A stretch of DNA of 64,000 nt, taken from NCBI GenBank assembly GCA_964218365.1, contig CAXPMI010000037.1:3164-67163 (forward strand), given 5' to 3'. Positions 53,501 through 62,797 of the stretch are shown piece by piece. The notes below the pieces were generated by a model that saw only the letters and a list, made by a program, of their open reading frames with translations, did no database searches and was not told where the DNA came from. Position 1 is the stretch's first letter. Each line of letters opens with the position of its first letter. A program made the translations under genes and the position numbers. The DNA comes from Candidatus Poseidoniaceae archaeon (GTDB taxonomy: Archaea; Thermoplasmatota; Poseidoniia; Poseidoniales; Poseidoniaceae).

Positions 53501-53984
53501 CTGGGAAGTATTGAGGGTCATCTTCTAAATCATTCCAAGTAGCAGGTTCTATTGTTCCCATGTTTGTTCCAGTGATGTGAACGTAATCTTCGTCGTCACC
53601 TTCACCTGGTTGTCCCTCACCCCAGTTCCTGTAAGTGAATGGTGTACCATCGTGCCATCTGAAATCTCCCTCGTTTTGATGGTCTGACAATCCGATCCAA
53701 AGATGTCGAGTTGTTCCGTTGTCTACTGCGAAAGTATCGAAGAGCCATTGATCTTCATCAGCATCATCAACCGTAACCAAGAAACCGCCCAAGCTTCTTG
53801 CAACAGATGCAGCATCGCTCCATGATGAAGCACTAAGAAGATGGTAGGTATGGTTGTTAGCGGGATTTACAACGGTCTGCAATACCTCGATATCTTCGAT
53901 TTCAGATGCAGCGCTTGTTTGAACAAACGGACTCAAGGACACCATCAAAAATAGGACAGCAAGAGAAACAGCCTTGTGGTTCAC
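50571..53984 (-). CDS. Giant secreted surface protein: C-type lectin + LamG + 4x PPC-like + EF-hand-like + TSP3 + TM + proline-rich tail
   Basis: Signal peptide 'MNHKAVSLAVLFLMVSLSPFVQTSA'. A C-type lectin domain (CTLD) has 'WIGLSDHQNEGDFRWHDGTPFTYRNWGEGQP...WNDL'. A LamG-like region has 'ALRFDGDDDHIII...LDDVRIG'. Four repeats carry 'Y/LFFxVxL....L.V...GGDGDxxL' (pre-peptidase C-terminal like). EF-hand-like loops include 'DTNGDGEISKEEL' and 'DTNKDGVLDKSE', followed by 'DRDGDGVPDKDD...DTDGDGIGDNSD'. The TM helix is 'VIWVSSGVLGLILVAALGVMFV' and the tail is 63 aa. Confidence 0.8.
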   Translation of the reverse strand: MNHKAVSLAVLFLMVSLSPFVQTSAASEIEDIEVLQTVVNPANNHTYHLLSASSWSDAASVARSLGGFLVTVDDADEDQWLFDTFAVDNGTTRHLWIGLSDHQNEGDFRWHDGTPFTYRNWGEGQPGEGDDEDYVHITGTNMGTIEPATWNDLEDDPQYFPVYGVVEVGEGADYALRFDGDDDHIIIYDEVPEFTDLIEIEAWINVADTSGIQFITMLGDYGWGLYINNGYLAYSNEYSLSQNPTSNMSIEDGVWTHVRVVVNSSTGGEFFLNEEPAGLIDVNDSQIPAGDFGSNDCFQSGEDCDELYIGRMGAGCDCNYFSGLLDDVRIGNNDEYTLWEFTEGEGSQTEDSQGLLGEIHGAAWVMPDGTIIAQAIELENDEYYSDISASAGDTLLFFMEIPENTQYAYLNMYSWDFEWEEDYYEEPEYEIYISKDEIPSAWDHDYEVETYYGLYVYEYFEWPEEGTYWITVSSNYDIDNLEITAYWEEAPEPPELDEMTELNDGISVTNQRISRNSGESLYFYVDLQDELAELRVDTWGGDGDCELHIAYQALPYYDDWGWIEDGWFIEETGESNGRQIGGQDKSDHSYNQGNDETVQLFDAQPGIYYIMMTSYRGCRDVTIQADFTYAPNNVEPDSAIELTDGLSYGPLSGFEGLDQYFFIDVPVGTERLEVDLDNGDGEAKLMMRLEQYPTWTTYDHHSNAPGAGDKIGFNDPTPGRWYIMLGSEEYYSRIDITASFEDRYVWSYDGEPIQLFNGEEIGAMSAPEGEELLFFVELDDAIANQMEIKTWGGEGDLALFAEIEEFDWMDFDDGPMGRQFGETFYESDGDGAEEYISIYFVTGYVEITVYANSDLEDISIIATWDEFDEPRPGPDPDPDPEPPVVDDLMECDDFIESILDDLDTNGDGEISKEELMDNDDGEFEEYDTNKDGVLDKSEITVAICSCDNELMLITDQLESRDGRYSIETLSNIAWKNDFDFFEMDSNNDIWIDEEEIEKYAESCVTTYDPFDRDGDGVPDKDDAFPDDPDEDTDTDGDGIGDNSDIIASVDNDVIWVSSGVLGLILVAALGVMFVRSRRRPEYAWQEYQKDNMSEAMLSQMTSNIPQPVVQQEVPPALDLGPPVENVPDDMKVSDLYD

Positions 53985-54075
53985 ATACTAATGACAAAGA
54001 AACTTGTTATTTAATGTACCACTAGAAAGACCCACAGCATCTTGACTAGATATGTTGGGTTTTCCAATATCGCAA

Positions 54076-57000
54076 TCACTTCATTCGCTTTCCGCCGATT
54101 CTTAGTTCGGTTTTCAGTGGCATCTGATGCTCCCATGCGAATTCTTTGACAATTCTCCATCCTTTCTCTGAACCTTCGTAATCGGTTACATCGATTATCT
54201 TATCACGTGTATTTGCTTTGAATGCAGCTACTGGTTCGGCATTCCTGAAAACAAGATATGCGCTACCAAATCCGAATTTTTGTTTTAGTACCTCAGAGAA
54301 ATACGGTGCAATCGGGTCAGATGGTGGAATGACGAAGTCCCGGATTGGTGGAACATTCTTTGCTTCATCGAGTAGGTCTTTTCTTCCCCAACAGACTTCG
54401 TGTAGATCTTGTATTAGGAATCCTTTGATCAAGGTAGAATCCTCTTCGAACTCTGTTAATATCGCTTTCAATTCCTCTGGTTTGAATGGCGTGCCTGCAA
54501 GTCTTGTGAATTGCTTGAGAGTAATTACTGGATAATCAGAGACAAGCCTTCGAAGGTACTCTCTTCTCAGGATGACTGGGTCAAGACCTCTTCGTGGTGC
54601 CACAGATCTAAATCCACCTCGGTAATCTTGGACCATGTGTCCACTGCGCAGAAGTGGCTGGATTAATTTCCTAAATGCAGCCCTCTTCATCGCGTGCCTT
54701 TCCATAAACAGGTTTGGATCACTGTGATTCTCAAAGAACTCCAATACATCTAACAATTCATCATTTGGCTCTTCTCCTCGAATTGCTAACAGAGTTGAAA
54801 AGTGGTCATATGATGCCCAAACTTGATGACCTCTGAGGTTGATTCCTTGGTGTAATTGGTTTGCACTGGCCATATTCTTGAGACTTACACGGTAGACTTC
54901 TGCCCTACCTCTTAGTCCGAAATCATCTCTGACTTCTTGAACGCTGTCGAGCGCTTGAATTTCGTTTTCAAGTCTTGAATTCTGGTGAAGATGGTGTCGA
55001 TGGAATAGTGCACGTTCTGCAATTTCGCGAGGTTGTGGGTCAACTACTCCACCTCTGATCATTCTCTCTCCTGCTAACTTGAATCCAATTCCTTCCAAGG
55101 CATTGCGAGAATCGTCTTCCAGTTCTGTTACAGGAACGCCATTGAATTGAGATAACACTGCAACGTCTACGAGTTGGTCAGAATGATTATCCAGTAATTT
55201 TTCGAATGCACTGCAGAACTCATCAAGGTAAGCATATGGAATGTGCATATCCTTTATTTCGAGATAATCATTGATTTTGAACATGAGGACTTTACCGATT
55301 GGGTCTACTCCCTTGAAGACAGGTAGGTACCATCCTCTGTCAAGGACAGATCTAACTTCCCAGATAAATCTCGAAACATACGGGTCAGATTGGGTGAGTA
55401 TACGCAATTTTCTGTCTTCCCTATTTTGTGTGCTGAGTTTCGAAACTTCTTCTGGAATTACATAGAAGGCTTCAGGCTCAGGAACTAGAGCCATTACCTT
55501 TGAAATACGACCTTGATTTTCCAGATTCCTGAGTGCGATTGCTAATTCTTCTACGCTTCGAGAAACATAATATCGCAGTGTGAATGCTTTCACAGGACCC
55601 ATTCTTTTGATGACGTCAACTAGAGCGTCCTCAAAGTCCATAGGCTCGTAGACATCCACCACCCTGTGGAATAGTGATAGACGTCTTCTGCGCCCACTAA
55701 CGTCTTCGAACTGTTTTACAACACATAACTGCCGCTCCAAGTTACTGATTGCATTTTTCAAATCTCTCTGTAACGACTTGTGGTCTTCACCCTTAGGGAA
55801 ATCCGCAAGAATTTCCTGTCTTGTCAGATTCTCTCCCTTGGGTATTTTTTCCAATACTAATTTCTCCATTTCTCCTAACCAGGGTTCTGGTTTCAGACCT
55901 AGAAGCATTGGTAGATTCTTCCTAGTTGTATAACCGATTCTATTGTGTAGCAATCGGCCCATGATTACGTCAGAGTCCAATTGTAAATCCTTCCAATCCG
56001 CATATCTGAAACCATCAACTCTGTACAGCATCTCTTGTTGTTTCTGGAAAAGAATATGCTGGTCGAAGGCTGTAAACCCGTCTTGATATTGTTCAAATGA
56101 CTTCTGCATCACTAAGTTCTGGACCCAACGATATTCAACAACATCTTCTTCACCACCGGTGATTCTGTGTTCGTCTACTTTGAGGATATACTCTGCGTCG
56201 TCAGTCTGTTTATAGAAACCAACTGAGATTACATTTCTCATCTCTAGTTCATGTAGGATAGAATCGATTTGCCCCTGCGGGAAAGGTAACCTATCGAAAA
56301 TGTGCTCTCCCATTGCGGGCCCTTCACTGCCTAGCATTTCGATTATCTTTACACGAAGTGCTTCATGAGCGTCTGTTATTGTCATCTTTTGCCATTTAAT
56401 TGGCTTTAATCCATCAAATTCAGTAGCAACCTCGTAGTTTAGTCCTTTTGTGTAAAGGTCTCTGATGTCCTCCATGTCTTTGCCGCCAGCTTCAGCGATA
56501 CATCCCAGAGTACCGTGTATTTCTGCCATGTAGGTCGTGAACCACTTATCATCTAATTCAGGTGAACCAGTGTCCCTTATCTTAGTAATTTCACCCCGGC
56601 TTGCCAATTCTCTGACCCAAGATTCAATCGTGCTGTGGTCGATTCCATCTAATTTTGCCTTGTAGAGTGGATTTTCCCACTTTCTGTCAAGTCCACCACC
56701 CTTGCTCATCAAGCTCAATAATTCTGATGAGTTGCTTGGTTTAGGGACCTTATTTGAGTAATAATCATTCAATTGTTCATCAGTGAGTTCGGTAGCTAGA
56801 CTTCTATTTCCTAACAATCGCTTCAATATTTCCGGGTCAATGTCTTTCACCAGGAATGCTCGAGTCTTCATTGACAGTAAGTCCTCAAATGTGCTCATGT
56901 ACAGGCTCATACCAAGTCGTGAGGGAACTGGAACCTTTGAGTGAACTATACGAGCTTCTGATTCTTTACTTGCCTCAAGGAATTGGTTTAGAGATTTGAT

Positions 57001-59361
57001 ATCTATATCTCCAAACATAATTTCTGATTTAGCTTCGCGAATTAGCAGTGAGTCTTCGATTGAGCGATGTCTCTGTAACAATGCATCTGCTCTCTGCTGG
57101 AATTGCTGAGGACTTACCTCTTCAGCACCTATTCTTTTAGGGATAATCAATGAACGTCCAGCGATTTCTCTGAATCTCTTTGCGAATATCTGTGTGCTCA
57201 CGATGTATCGCTCAATAACTTCCATATGGTCATTGGATTGGAAAGATTCGTACATTTTTCCGGGGTCAACTTCCTGACTGGTCTTGATCAAAAGTCCGTT
57301 TTCATCAAATGATAATTCAAGGACTGCTATACCATCCTGTTCAGCGAGACCTGCCATAAAGTATCCAAGAGCTGTGTTAAATCCTCTGCCCCGACATGAT
57401 GTGATTAGGTATGTTGGCATTCCGCCTGATACAATCTGCTCTACGATTAGCCTATTTGGGTCAGGAACTTGGAATGAATCCAAAGTATGCTCTTCGAGAT
57501 GTCTAGCGATTGTATTGGCAACCCCTTCACTTAATCCATATACGTCTCGAAGAATTACCCTAGGGTCATTTTGTCTTCGTAGCGTGTTTACGCTGTGCCC
57601 AATTAAGTCAAGCAATGCCTTTGATAATTCTCTCGAACGGCTTCTTGCTTCACCACTCCAAGACGGTACTGTAGGACGGTATCCGGTTACAGATGTTACA
57701 TTCACCCGGGTTCCTTGTATGTTAGAAACTCTGTATGTAGAACCACCTAGTAAAATTACATCGCCACCTCGTAGGTTTGCAACGAATGAGGAGGACAATT
57801 GTCCGAGTATGCTTCCTTCAGCATTGAAAACAAGATAGGAATTATCTGGAGCAATTGTACCGATGTTTGTGTAATAAATCATTCTAGAGTAACCTCTCTT
57901 GCCGTAGAGGTTCTCTTCCCAATCAACCCAAACTCTCCTTTCTTCCTCAAGCATGTCAATGACTTCAATGAAATCATCATATCCCAAGTTTCTGTATGAC
58001 CACGTACTTGTTACAACTTCAAAGGCTTCATCGATATCTCTTTCGTTGATAATGACCAACCCAATTAGGAATTGTGCAAGAACGTCTAAACAATTCTGTG
58101 GGAAATCAAGCATATCCATGTCGCCTGTTTGAATTGCGGCTTGTAGTGCAGCCAACTCGATTAGGTCATCGACACTAGTTGGCAGGAATCTAGCACGTGG
58201 AATACCTCCGACATGGTGGCCAGCTCTACCAATTCTTTGCAGAGCAGTAGCAATATCTCCAGGTGAACCGATTTGAATTACCATGTCGACCGAACCAATG
58301 TCAATTCCCATTTCTAGAGAGGACGAAGTTACAACAGCACGCAGATGTCCAAGTTTGAGTTTTCTTTCAACATCCAACCTGATTCTCTTATCCATAGAAC
58401 CGTGATGGCCAGCAACTAAGTCGCCAAGATATGGTCGAAGTTTCTGTACAAGCGTCTCAGTCATTTTCCTAGTATTTGCAAAGACTAGAGTTGTTGTGTG
58501 GGCACCGATCAAATCAGAAACCATCTCCACGTTCATCTCTAAGACTTTCATCACAGATAAGTCGCTAAATTTAGGAGAACATAGCAATATGTCCAAGTCG
58601 AGTTCACGGGCTCCACTAATTTTTGCAATTTTTACAGTTTGGTTACCATTTCGACTCTCTCTGTCATCACTAGCAACTAGGTATTCTGCAACTGTTTCTA
58701 GTGGTTCCATGGTTGCTGAAATACCAATTCTTTGGACAGGTCTCTCCAATATTGTGTCGAGCAGTGAAATCGTAAGTGCTAGGTGTACGCCACGCTTTGT
58801 TGGAACAAGCGAGTGCATTTCGTCAATAATGATCCATTCAACATTAGATACAATTGGTTGGAATCTTGGAGAAGAAATTGCTATGGCCATACTTTCAGGT
58901 GTAGTGATTAGTATGTGTGGAGGTTTTCTCAGCATCTTCTGTCTTTCAGATTGAGGGGTGTCACCAGTTCGCAATCCAACCCTAATCTTACCCTGTGCCC
59001 TATCTGGAAGGTATTTTTTCTCAATCTCTTCAAGTGGTCCAATCAAGTTCTTTTGGATGTCGTTTGCGAGTGCCTTGATTGGTGAAATATACAGGCAGTA
59101 CACCCTTTCTTCTAATGTTCCTGCAAGTGCATGTCTAACTAACTCGTCGATTATTGACAAAAATGCAGTTAGTGTTTTACCAGAACCAGTTGGAGAGCAA
59201 AGTAACAAATGGTCCTTGTTCATAATTGAAGGAATTGCTAACTTTTGTGGCTTGGTGAAATCGGGAAATTTATCCTTAAACCAATTCCTAACAGGTTGGC
59301 ACAATTTCTCATATAATTCCTCAGTTGTTAGAGGATTATCTAGATATGAGATGTTAGCCAT
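54076..59361 (-). CDS. lhr: Lhr-type large superfamily-2 helicase with very long C-terminal extension
   Basis: Helicase motifs 'CSPTGSGKTLTAF', 'IIIDEMHS', 'SATM', 'HHGSMDK..R' and 'TSSLEMGIDIG...QIGSP...LQRIGRAGH'. About 900 further residues follow. The start is set at Met 59361 ('MANISYLDNPL'), with GGAGA 8 nt upstream. Confidence 0.85.
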   Translation of the reverse strand: MANISYLDNPLTTEELYEKLCQPVRNWFKDKFPDFTKPQKLAIPSIMNKDHLLLCSPTGSGKTLTAFLSIIDELVRHALAGTLEERVYCLYISPIKALANDIQKNLIGPLEEIEKKYLPDRAQGKIRVGLRTGDTPQSERQKMLRKPPHILITTPESMAIAISSPRFQPIVSNVEWIIIDEMHSLVPTKRGVHLALTISLLDTILERPVQRIGISATMEPLETVAEYLVASDDRESRNGNQTVKIAKISGARELDLDILLCSPKFSDLSVMKVLEMNVEMVSDLIGAHTTTLVFANTRKMTETLVQKLRPYLGDLVAGHHGSMDKRIRLDVERKLKLGHLRAVVTSSSLEMGIDIGSVDMVIQIGSPGDIATALQRIGRAGHHVGGIPRARFLPTSVDDLIELAALQAAIQTGDMDMLDFPQNCLDVLAQFLIGLVIINERDIDEAFEVVTSTWSYRNLGYDDFIEVIDMLEEERRVWVDWEENLYGKRGYSRMIYYTNIGTIAPDNSYLVFNAEGSILGQLSSSFVANLRGGDVILLGGSTYRVSNIQGTRVNVTSVTGYRPTVPSWSGEARSRSRELSKALLDLIGHSVNTLRRQNDPRVILRDVYGLSEGVANTIARHLEEHTLDSFQVPDPNRLIVEQIVSGGMPTYLITSCRGRGFNTALGYFMAGLAEQDGIAVLELSFDENGLLIKTSQEVDPGKMYESFQSNDHMEVIERYIVSTQIFAKRFREIAGRSLIIPKRIGAEEVSPQQFQQRADALLQRHRSIEDSLLIREAKSEIMFGDIDIKSLNQFLEASKESEARIVHSKVPVPSRLGMSLYMSTFEDLLSMKTRAFLVKDIDPEILKRLLGNRSLATELTDEQLNDYYSNKVPKPSNSSELLSLMSKGGGLDRKWENPLYKAKLDGIDHSTIESWVRELASRGEITKIRDTGSPELDDKWFTTYMAEIHGTLGCIAEAGGKDMEDIRDLYTKGLNYEVATEFDGLKPIKWQKMTITDAHEALRVKIIEMLGSEGPAMGEHIFDRLPFPQGQIDSILHELEMRNVISVGFYKQTDDAEYILKVDEHRITGGEEDVVEYRWVQNLVMQKSFEQYQDGFTAFDQHILFQKQQEMLYRVDGFRYADWKDLQLDSDVIMGRLLHNRIGYTTRKNLPMLLGLKPEPWLGEMEKLVLEKIPKGENLTRQEILADFPKGEDHKSLQRDLKNAISNLERQLCVVKQFEDVSGRRRRLSLFHRVVDVYEPMDFEDALVDVIKRMGPVKAFTLRYYVSRSVEELAIALRNLENQGRISKVMALVPEPEAFYVIPEEVSKLSTQNREDRKLRILTQSDPYVSRFIWEVRSVLDRGWYLPVFKGVDPIGKVLMFKINDYLEIKDMHIPYAYLDEFCSAFEKLLDNHSDQLVDVAVLSQFNGVPVTELEDDSRNALEGIGFKLAGERMIRGGVVDPQPREIAERALFHRHHLHQNSRLENEIQALDSVQEVRDDFGLRGRAEVYRVSLKNMASANQLHQGINLRGHQVWASYDHFSTLLAIRGEEPNDELLDVLEFFENHSDPNLFMERHAMKRAAFRKLIQPLLRSGHMVQDYRGGFRSVAPRRGLDPVILRREYLRRLVSDYPVITLKQFTRLAGTPFKPEELKAILTEFEEDSTLIKGFLIQDLHEVCWGRKDLLDEAKNVPPIRDFVIPPSDPIAPYFSEVLKQKFGFGSAYLVFRNAEPVAAFKANTRDKIIDVTDYEGSEKGWRIVKEFAWEHQMPLKTELRIGGKRMK

Positions 59362-59582
59362 GATAATCTTCTCCACTATCCGTGATTGGGGAGCGTGAGT
59401 AATGAGGTCATGAATGTTTGCCTTAAGCCTAAAATCATCCAAGATGGCAGTATCTATTGTTTAAACGTGCACTGCATCACATTTATTCTCAACATTTCGT
59501 TTTTTTCTTTAGGGTTGCAAATCTAAATTTATTCACTTTTACAAGAGGTGGTCTCATTTACTTCTTCTATCCCCCACAGGTC

Positions 59583-61253
59583 ATGAAGGAGTTTAGTCCC
59601 GAGAGGTTAGCTAGGCTCTCAGGCATGCTAAAGCGCAGAGGAATTATCCTTCCGGCTTTCGAAATCCATGGGGGATACGCAGGATTGTATGACTTTGGTC
59701 CAGTCGGTGGTAGGCTTAGAAATCGTGTAAATCAAACATGGATTGACCACTGGCAAAGTCTGGGTAACATCGTGGAGATATCGTGCCCCACAATCACTCC
59801 ATACGCAGTATTGGAAGCTTCTGGACACGTTGGGGAATTTAGTGACTTTATGACCAACTGCGGTAAATGTGGAGAGGCTAGCCGCGCTGATACACTAATC
59901 GAACATCTCGTGTCCAATGCAGATGCATTATCAAAAGATGAACTAGAATCATCTATCGGTGAGCAAAAGCCTGCTTGTCCGTCTTGTGGCGCTGTTGAAT
60001 GGAGTAAAATCGAGGCTCAAAATTTAATGTTTAATACAAAAATTGGCGCAGGTAAATCGGGCCGTCAAGGATTCCTGAGGCCAGAAACTGCTCAAGGTAT
60101 GTTCACATCGTTCACATCGATTTACAGGCATTTTAGAGAACGTCTACCTTTCGGTGCAATCCAAACTGGTAAAGGTTACAGAAATGAAATCAGCCCTCGC
60201 CAAGGAATGATTAGGTTAAGGGAATTTAACATGGCAGAATTAGAATATTTCATTGATCCTGAGGCAACAACACACCATGATTTTTCATCATGGACAAATA
60301 CGGTCACTCTGATTGCTGACGGCAAAGGAGAAGTTGCGATGACTTTTCAGCAAGCAGTCGATGAAGGAGTAATACGGCACCCTACTGTTGGATATTTCAT
60401 GGCTTGGACCATGGACTTCTTAGTATCAGTCGGAATTAATCCTGAAGGCTTACGCTTTAGACAGCATGAATCAAACGAAATGGCGCATTATGCGCAAGAT
60501 TGCTGGGATGCAGAAATTTTGGGTTCTTATGGTTGGATTGAATGTGTAGGTATTGCGCATAGGGGCTGCTATGACTTGACTGCTCATGAAGAAGCTACTG
60601 GACAGAAATTACGTGCTTGGAGGAAATTCAAGGAACCAAAATTAGTCGAAGTAGATGGTTGGACAATCGATGGAGCAAAAGCAGGACCTGCATTTCGAGC
60701 ATTAGCAGGGAAAGTGAAAGAATATGTCGAAAATTTAGATTCAGACGCAACATTCCCAATGGTGACAAGTATCGATGGTCAAGAAGTCAATATTCTTCCT
60801 GAACATGTGAAGCGTGTTCAAACAACTGCTAATGTTACCGGAGAATGGTATGTTCCTCACGTTGTAGAGCCAGCATTTGGAATTGATAGAATCATTTGGC
60901 ATGTACTAGATCATTGCTATCACGAAACCAAAAAGGAAGGTGAGGATTACACATTGCTCTCTATTCCTAATACCGTAGCACCAATCGATGTTGCCGTTTT
61001 GCCACTATCAGAGAAAGATGGCATGCAAGAGCTTGCAGAGAAGATTCATAGAAATCTTTGTGGTAAAAAAGGCGTATTTTCGGTCTATGACGCAAGTGGC
61101 TCAATCGGTAGAAGATATGCAAGGGCTGATGAAATCGGTGTTCCTTTCTGTATCACCGTAGACAATCAATCATTAAGTGATAATACTGTAACATTGAGGG
61201 ATAGAGATACACGCGAACAAATTCGACTGAACATTGATGATTTACCATTCTGA
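59583..61253 (+). CDS. glyS: Glycyl-tRNA synthetase (archaeal/eukaryotic alpha2 type)
   Basis: 'RRGIILPAFEIHGGYAGLYDFGPVG', 'FLRPETAQGMF', 'RNEISPRQGMIRLREFNMAELEYF' and 'PHVVEPAFGIDR'. The start is set at ATG 59583; the ORF-track extension (59457) is T-rich promoter-like sequence. Confidence 0.9.
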   Translation: MKEFSPERLARLSGMLKRRGIILPAFEIHGGYAGLYDFGPVGGRLRNRVNQTWIDHWQSLGNIVEISCPTITPYAVLEASGHVGEFSDFMTNCGKCGEASRADTLIEHLVSNADALSKDELESSIGEQKPACPSCGAVEWSKIEAQNLMFNTKIGAGKSGRQGFLRPETAQGMFTSFTSIYRHFRERLPFGAIQTGKGYRNEISPRQGMIRLREFNMAELEYFIDPEATTHHDFSSWTNTVTLIADGKGEVAMTFQQAVDEGVIRHPTVGYFMAWTMDFLVSVGINPEGLRFRQHESNEMAHYAQDCWDAEILGSYGWIECVGIAHRGCYDLTAHEEATGQKLRAWRKFKEPKLVEVDGWTIDGAKAGPAFRALAGKVKEYVENLDSDATFPMVTSIDGQEVNILPEHVKRVQTTANVTGEWYVPHVVEPAFGIDRIIWHVLDHCYHETKKEGEDYTLLSIPNTVAPIDVAVLPLSEKDGMQELAEKIHRNLCGKKGVFSVYDASGSIGRRYARADEIGVPFCITVDNQSLSDNTVTLRDRDTREQIRLNIDDLPF

Positions 61254-61294
61254 AAAACTCAATGTTCAAGTGGGGCCTAGTCAAACATCACCTC

Positions 61295-62797
61295 ATGGTG
61301 GCAAGTGATTGGACAGAACGCCACCGTCCGATGAGTGAAAGACAACTCGAAGGTAATGAGGCTCAGAGAAAGAAAATCAGAGCATGGCTCGACCAGTGGA
61401 AGGAAGGTCGGCCAAAAAAACCAGGAATTCTCTTGATTGGGCCACCCGGTGTAGGAAAAACAACTGTTGCAAGAGCTGTTGCAGCAGACATGGGTTGGCA
61501 GGTAATCGAGTTAAATGCAAGCGATGCAAGGAATGCTGGTGCAATAAGAAAGGCAGCAACTCACGCTTCCACACACGGCTCTTTGTTCATGACTCCGGGG
61601 CAAAAACCACCACGGACCCTTATCCTCCTCGATGAAGTAGACCATCTTTCAGGAGGTCTGCGAGAAATATCATCAGACCGAATTAACACGATTGTTTCGG
61701 GTGAAGACGTTGATGATTCCAAGGCATTAAAAGGCGATAGTGGTGGTAAAGCAGAACTACTGAATCTTCTATCTGAAACAAGACAGCCCGTCATTTTAGC
61801 ATGCAATGATGAAATGGGACTATGGGGCAGGACTTCTTCTTCTTGGAGAACTGCTAGAGACAGATTTTCAAAACATCTAATCCCAATTCGATTTGAGAGA
61901 GCGTCTAATGAAGCACTCAGAAGAATTGCTCTTCGAGTAATAAAAGAAGAGGGATTCACCGCTGACCCCGGTGCATTGGATGAATTAGTAAACAATAATC
62001 CAGGTGACCTTAGAGCCTTAGTCAGAGATTTACAGGTAATGTGTTCATTAATCGAATCCAATCTGACAAAAGAGTTAGTGATAGAGAATATTGAGACCGG
62101 AGTGAGGGATACAACAGTTGAAATTTTCCCTGGATTAGATCAATTATACAGGTCAAGAACTGCGAAAAAAGCCATGCAATCTACTCGTTCCTTGGATAAA
62201 AGTCCAGATGACCTAGTCGCTTGGGTCTCATGGAATAATGGCGTAGTATTTACAGATAAGCAAGCTGTTCGAAGAGGTTCAAAGTCACTCTCCCTCGCAG
62301 ATGGGTTATTGACAACTAGGTTCCGCAATACAGCACACAGGTCTTGGTATTGGTCGTCAAATTTGACCGGTTTGTCAGCAAGTGTGACCTCTCCAAAGCC
62401 AATAGAAGGACGTATATTTTGTAAATACCCTGATTTTTTGAGGCGTGGGTCTGCTTGGGTAAAACGCTCGGTTGTGGACCGCTTATCAGAGACATGCGGT
62501 TGTTCAAAGAAAGCTGTTAGAGAGGAGTTGCTTCCGTCTTTGGTTGCGGTTCAATCAGAAAACAGCGAGGACTTTTCAATTTCCATTGCGTTAGGACTTT
62601 CACCTGAAGAGCATGTGGCAATTTGTGGTTTGGCAGTATCTCACCGTAGCACAAAAGAATTGATGGAAAGGTATGCTAAGGAATTAGAAAAATCGAATTC
62701 AGAAATTATGGTTCCTGTTGTAGAAGAAATTCCACAGGTAGAAATCGACACCGATGAAGAGCCATCATCGAATCCGGGTCAAATGAAATTGTTCTAA
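61295..62797 (+). CDS. rfcL: Replication factor C large subunit
   Basis: 'WTERHRP' and the Walker A region 'LLIGPPGVGKTTVARAVAADMGWQVIELNASDARN', with Walker B 'LILLDEVD'. The start is either 61295 or 61262. Confidence 0.85.
   Translation: MVASDWTERHRPMSERQLEGNEAQRKKIRAWLDQWKEGRPKKPGILLIGPPGVGKTTVARAVAADMGWQVIELNASDARNAGAIRKAATHASTHGSLFMTPGQKPPRTLILLDEVDHLSGGLREISSDRINTIVSGEDVDDSKALKGDSGGKAELLNLLSETRQPVILACNDEMGLWGRTSSSWRTARDRFSKHLIPIRFERASNEALRRIALRVIKEEGFTADPGALDELVNNNPGDLRALVRDLQVMCSLIESNLTKELVIENIETGVRDTTVEIFPGLDQLYRSRTAKKAMQSTRSLDKSPDDLVAWVSWNNGVVFTDKQAVRRGSKSLSLADGLLTTRFRNTAHRSWYWSSNLTGLSASVTSPKPIEGRIFCKYPDFLRRGSAWVKRSVVDRLSETCGCSKKAVREELLPSLVAVQSENSEDFSISIALGLSPEEHVAICGLAVSHRSTKELMERYAKELEKSNSEIMVPVVEEIPQVEIDTDEEPSSNPGQMKLF

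Noticed and set aside
50571-53984. A diversity-generating retroelement (DGR) targeting the C-type lectin domain.
   Set aside because: I found no reverse transcriptase gene. I also noticed no roughly 100-bp template/variable repeat pair, although this rests on a by-eye check rather than a dot-plot. The CTLD is N-terminal and of the canonical animal-like type, rather than a C-terminal DGR variable CLec fold.
59457-59582. A 42-aa N-terminal extension of GlyRS in the ORF track.
   Set aside because: The extension is translated T-rich promoter-like DNA ('HFVFFFRVANLNLFTF'). Family conservation begins after the Met at 59583.
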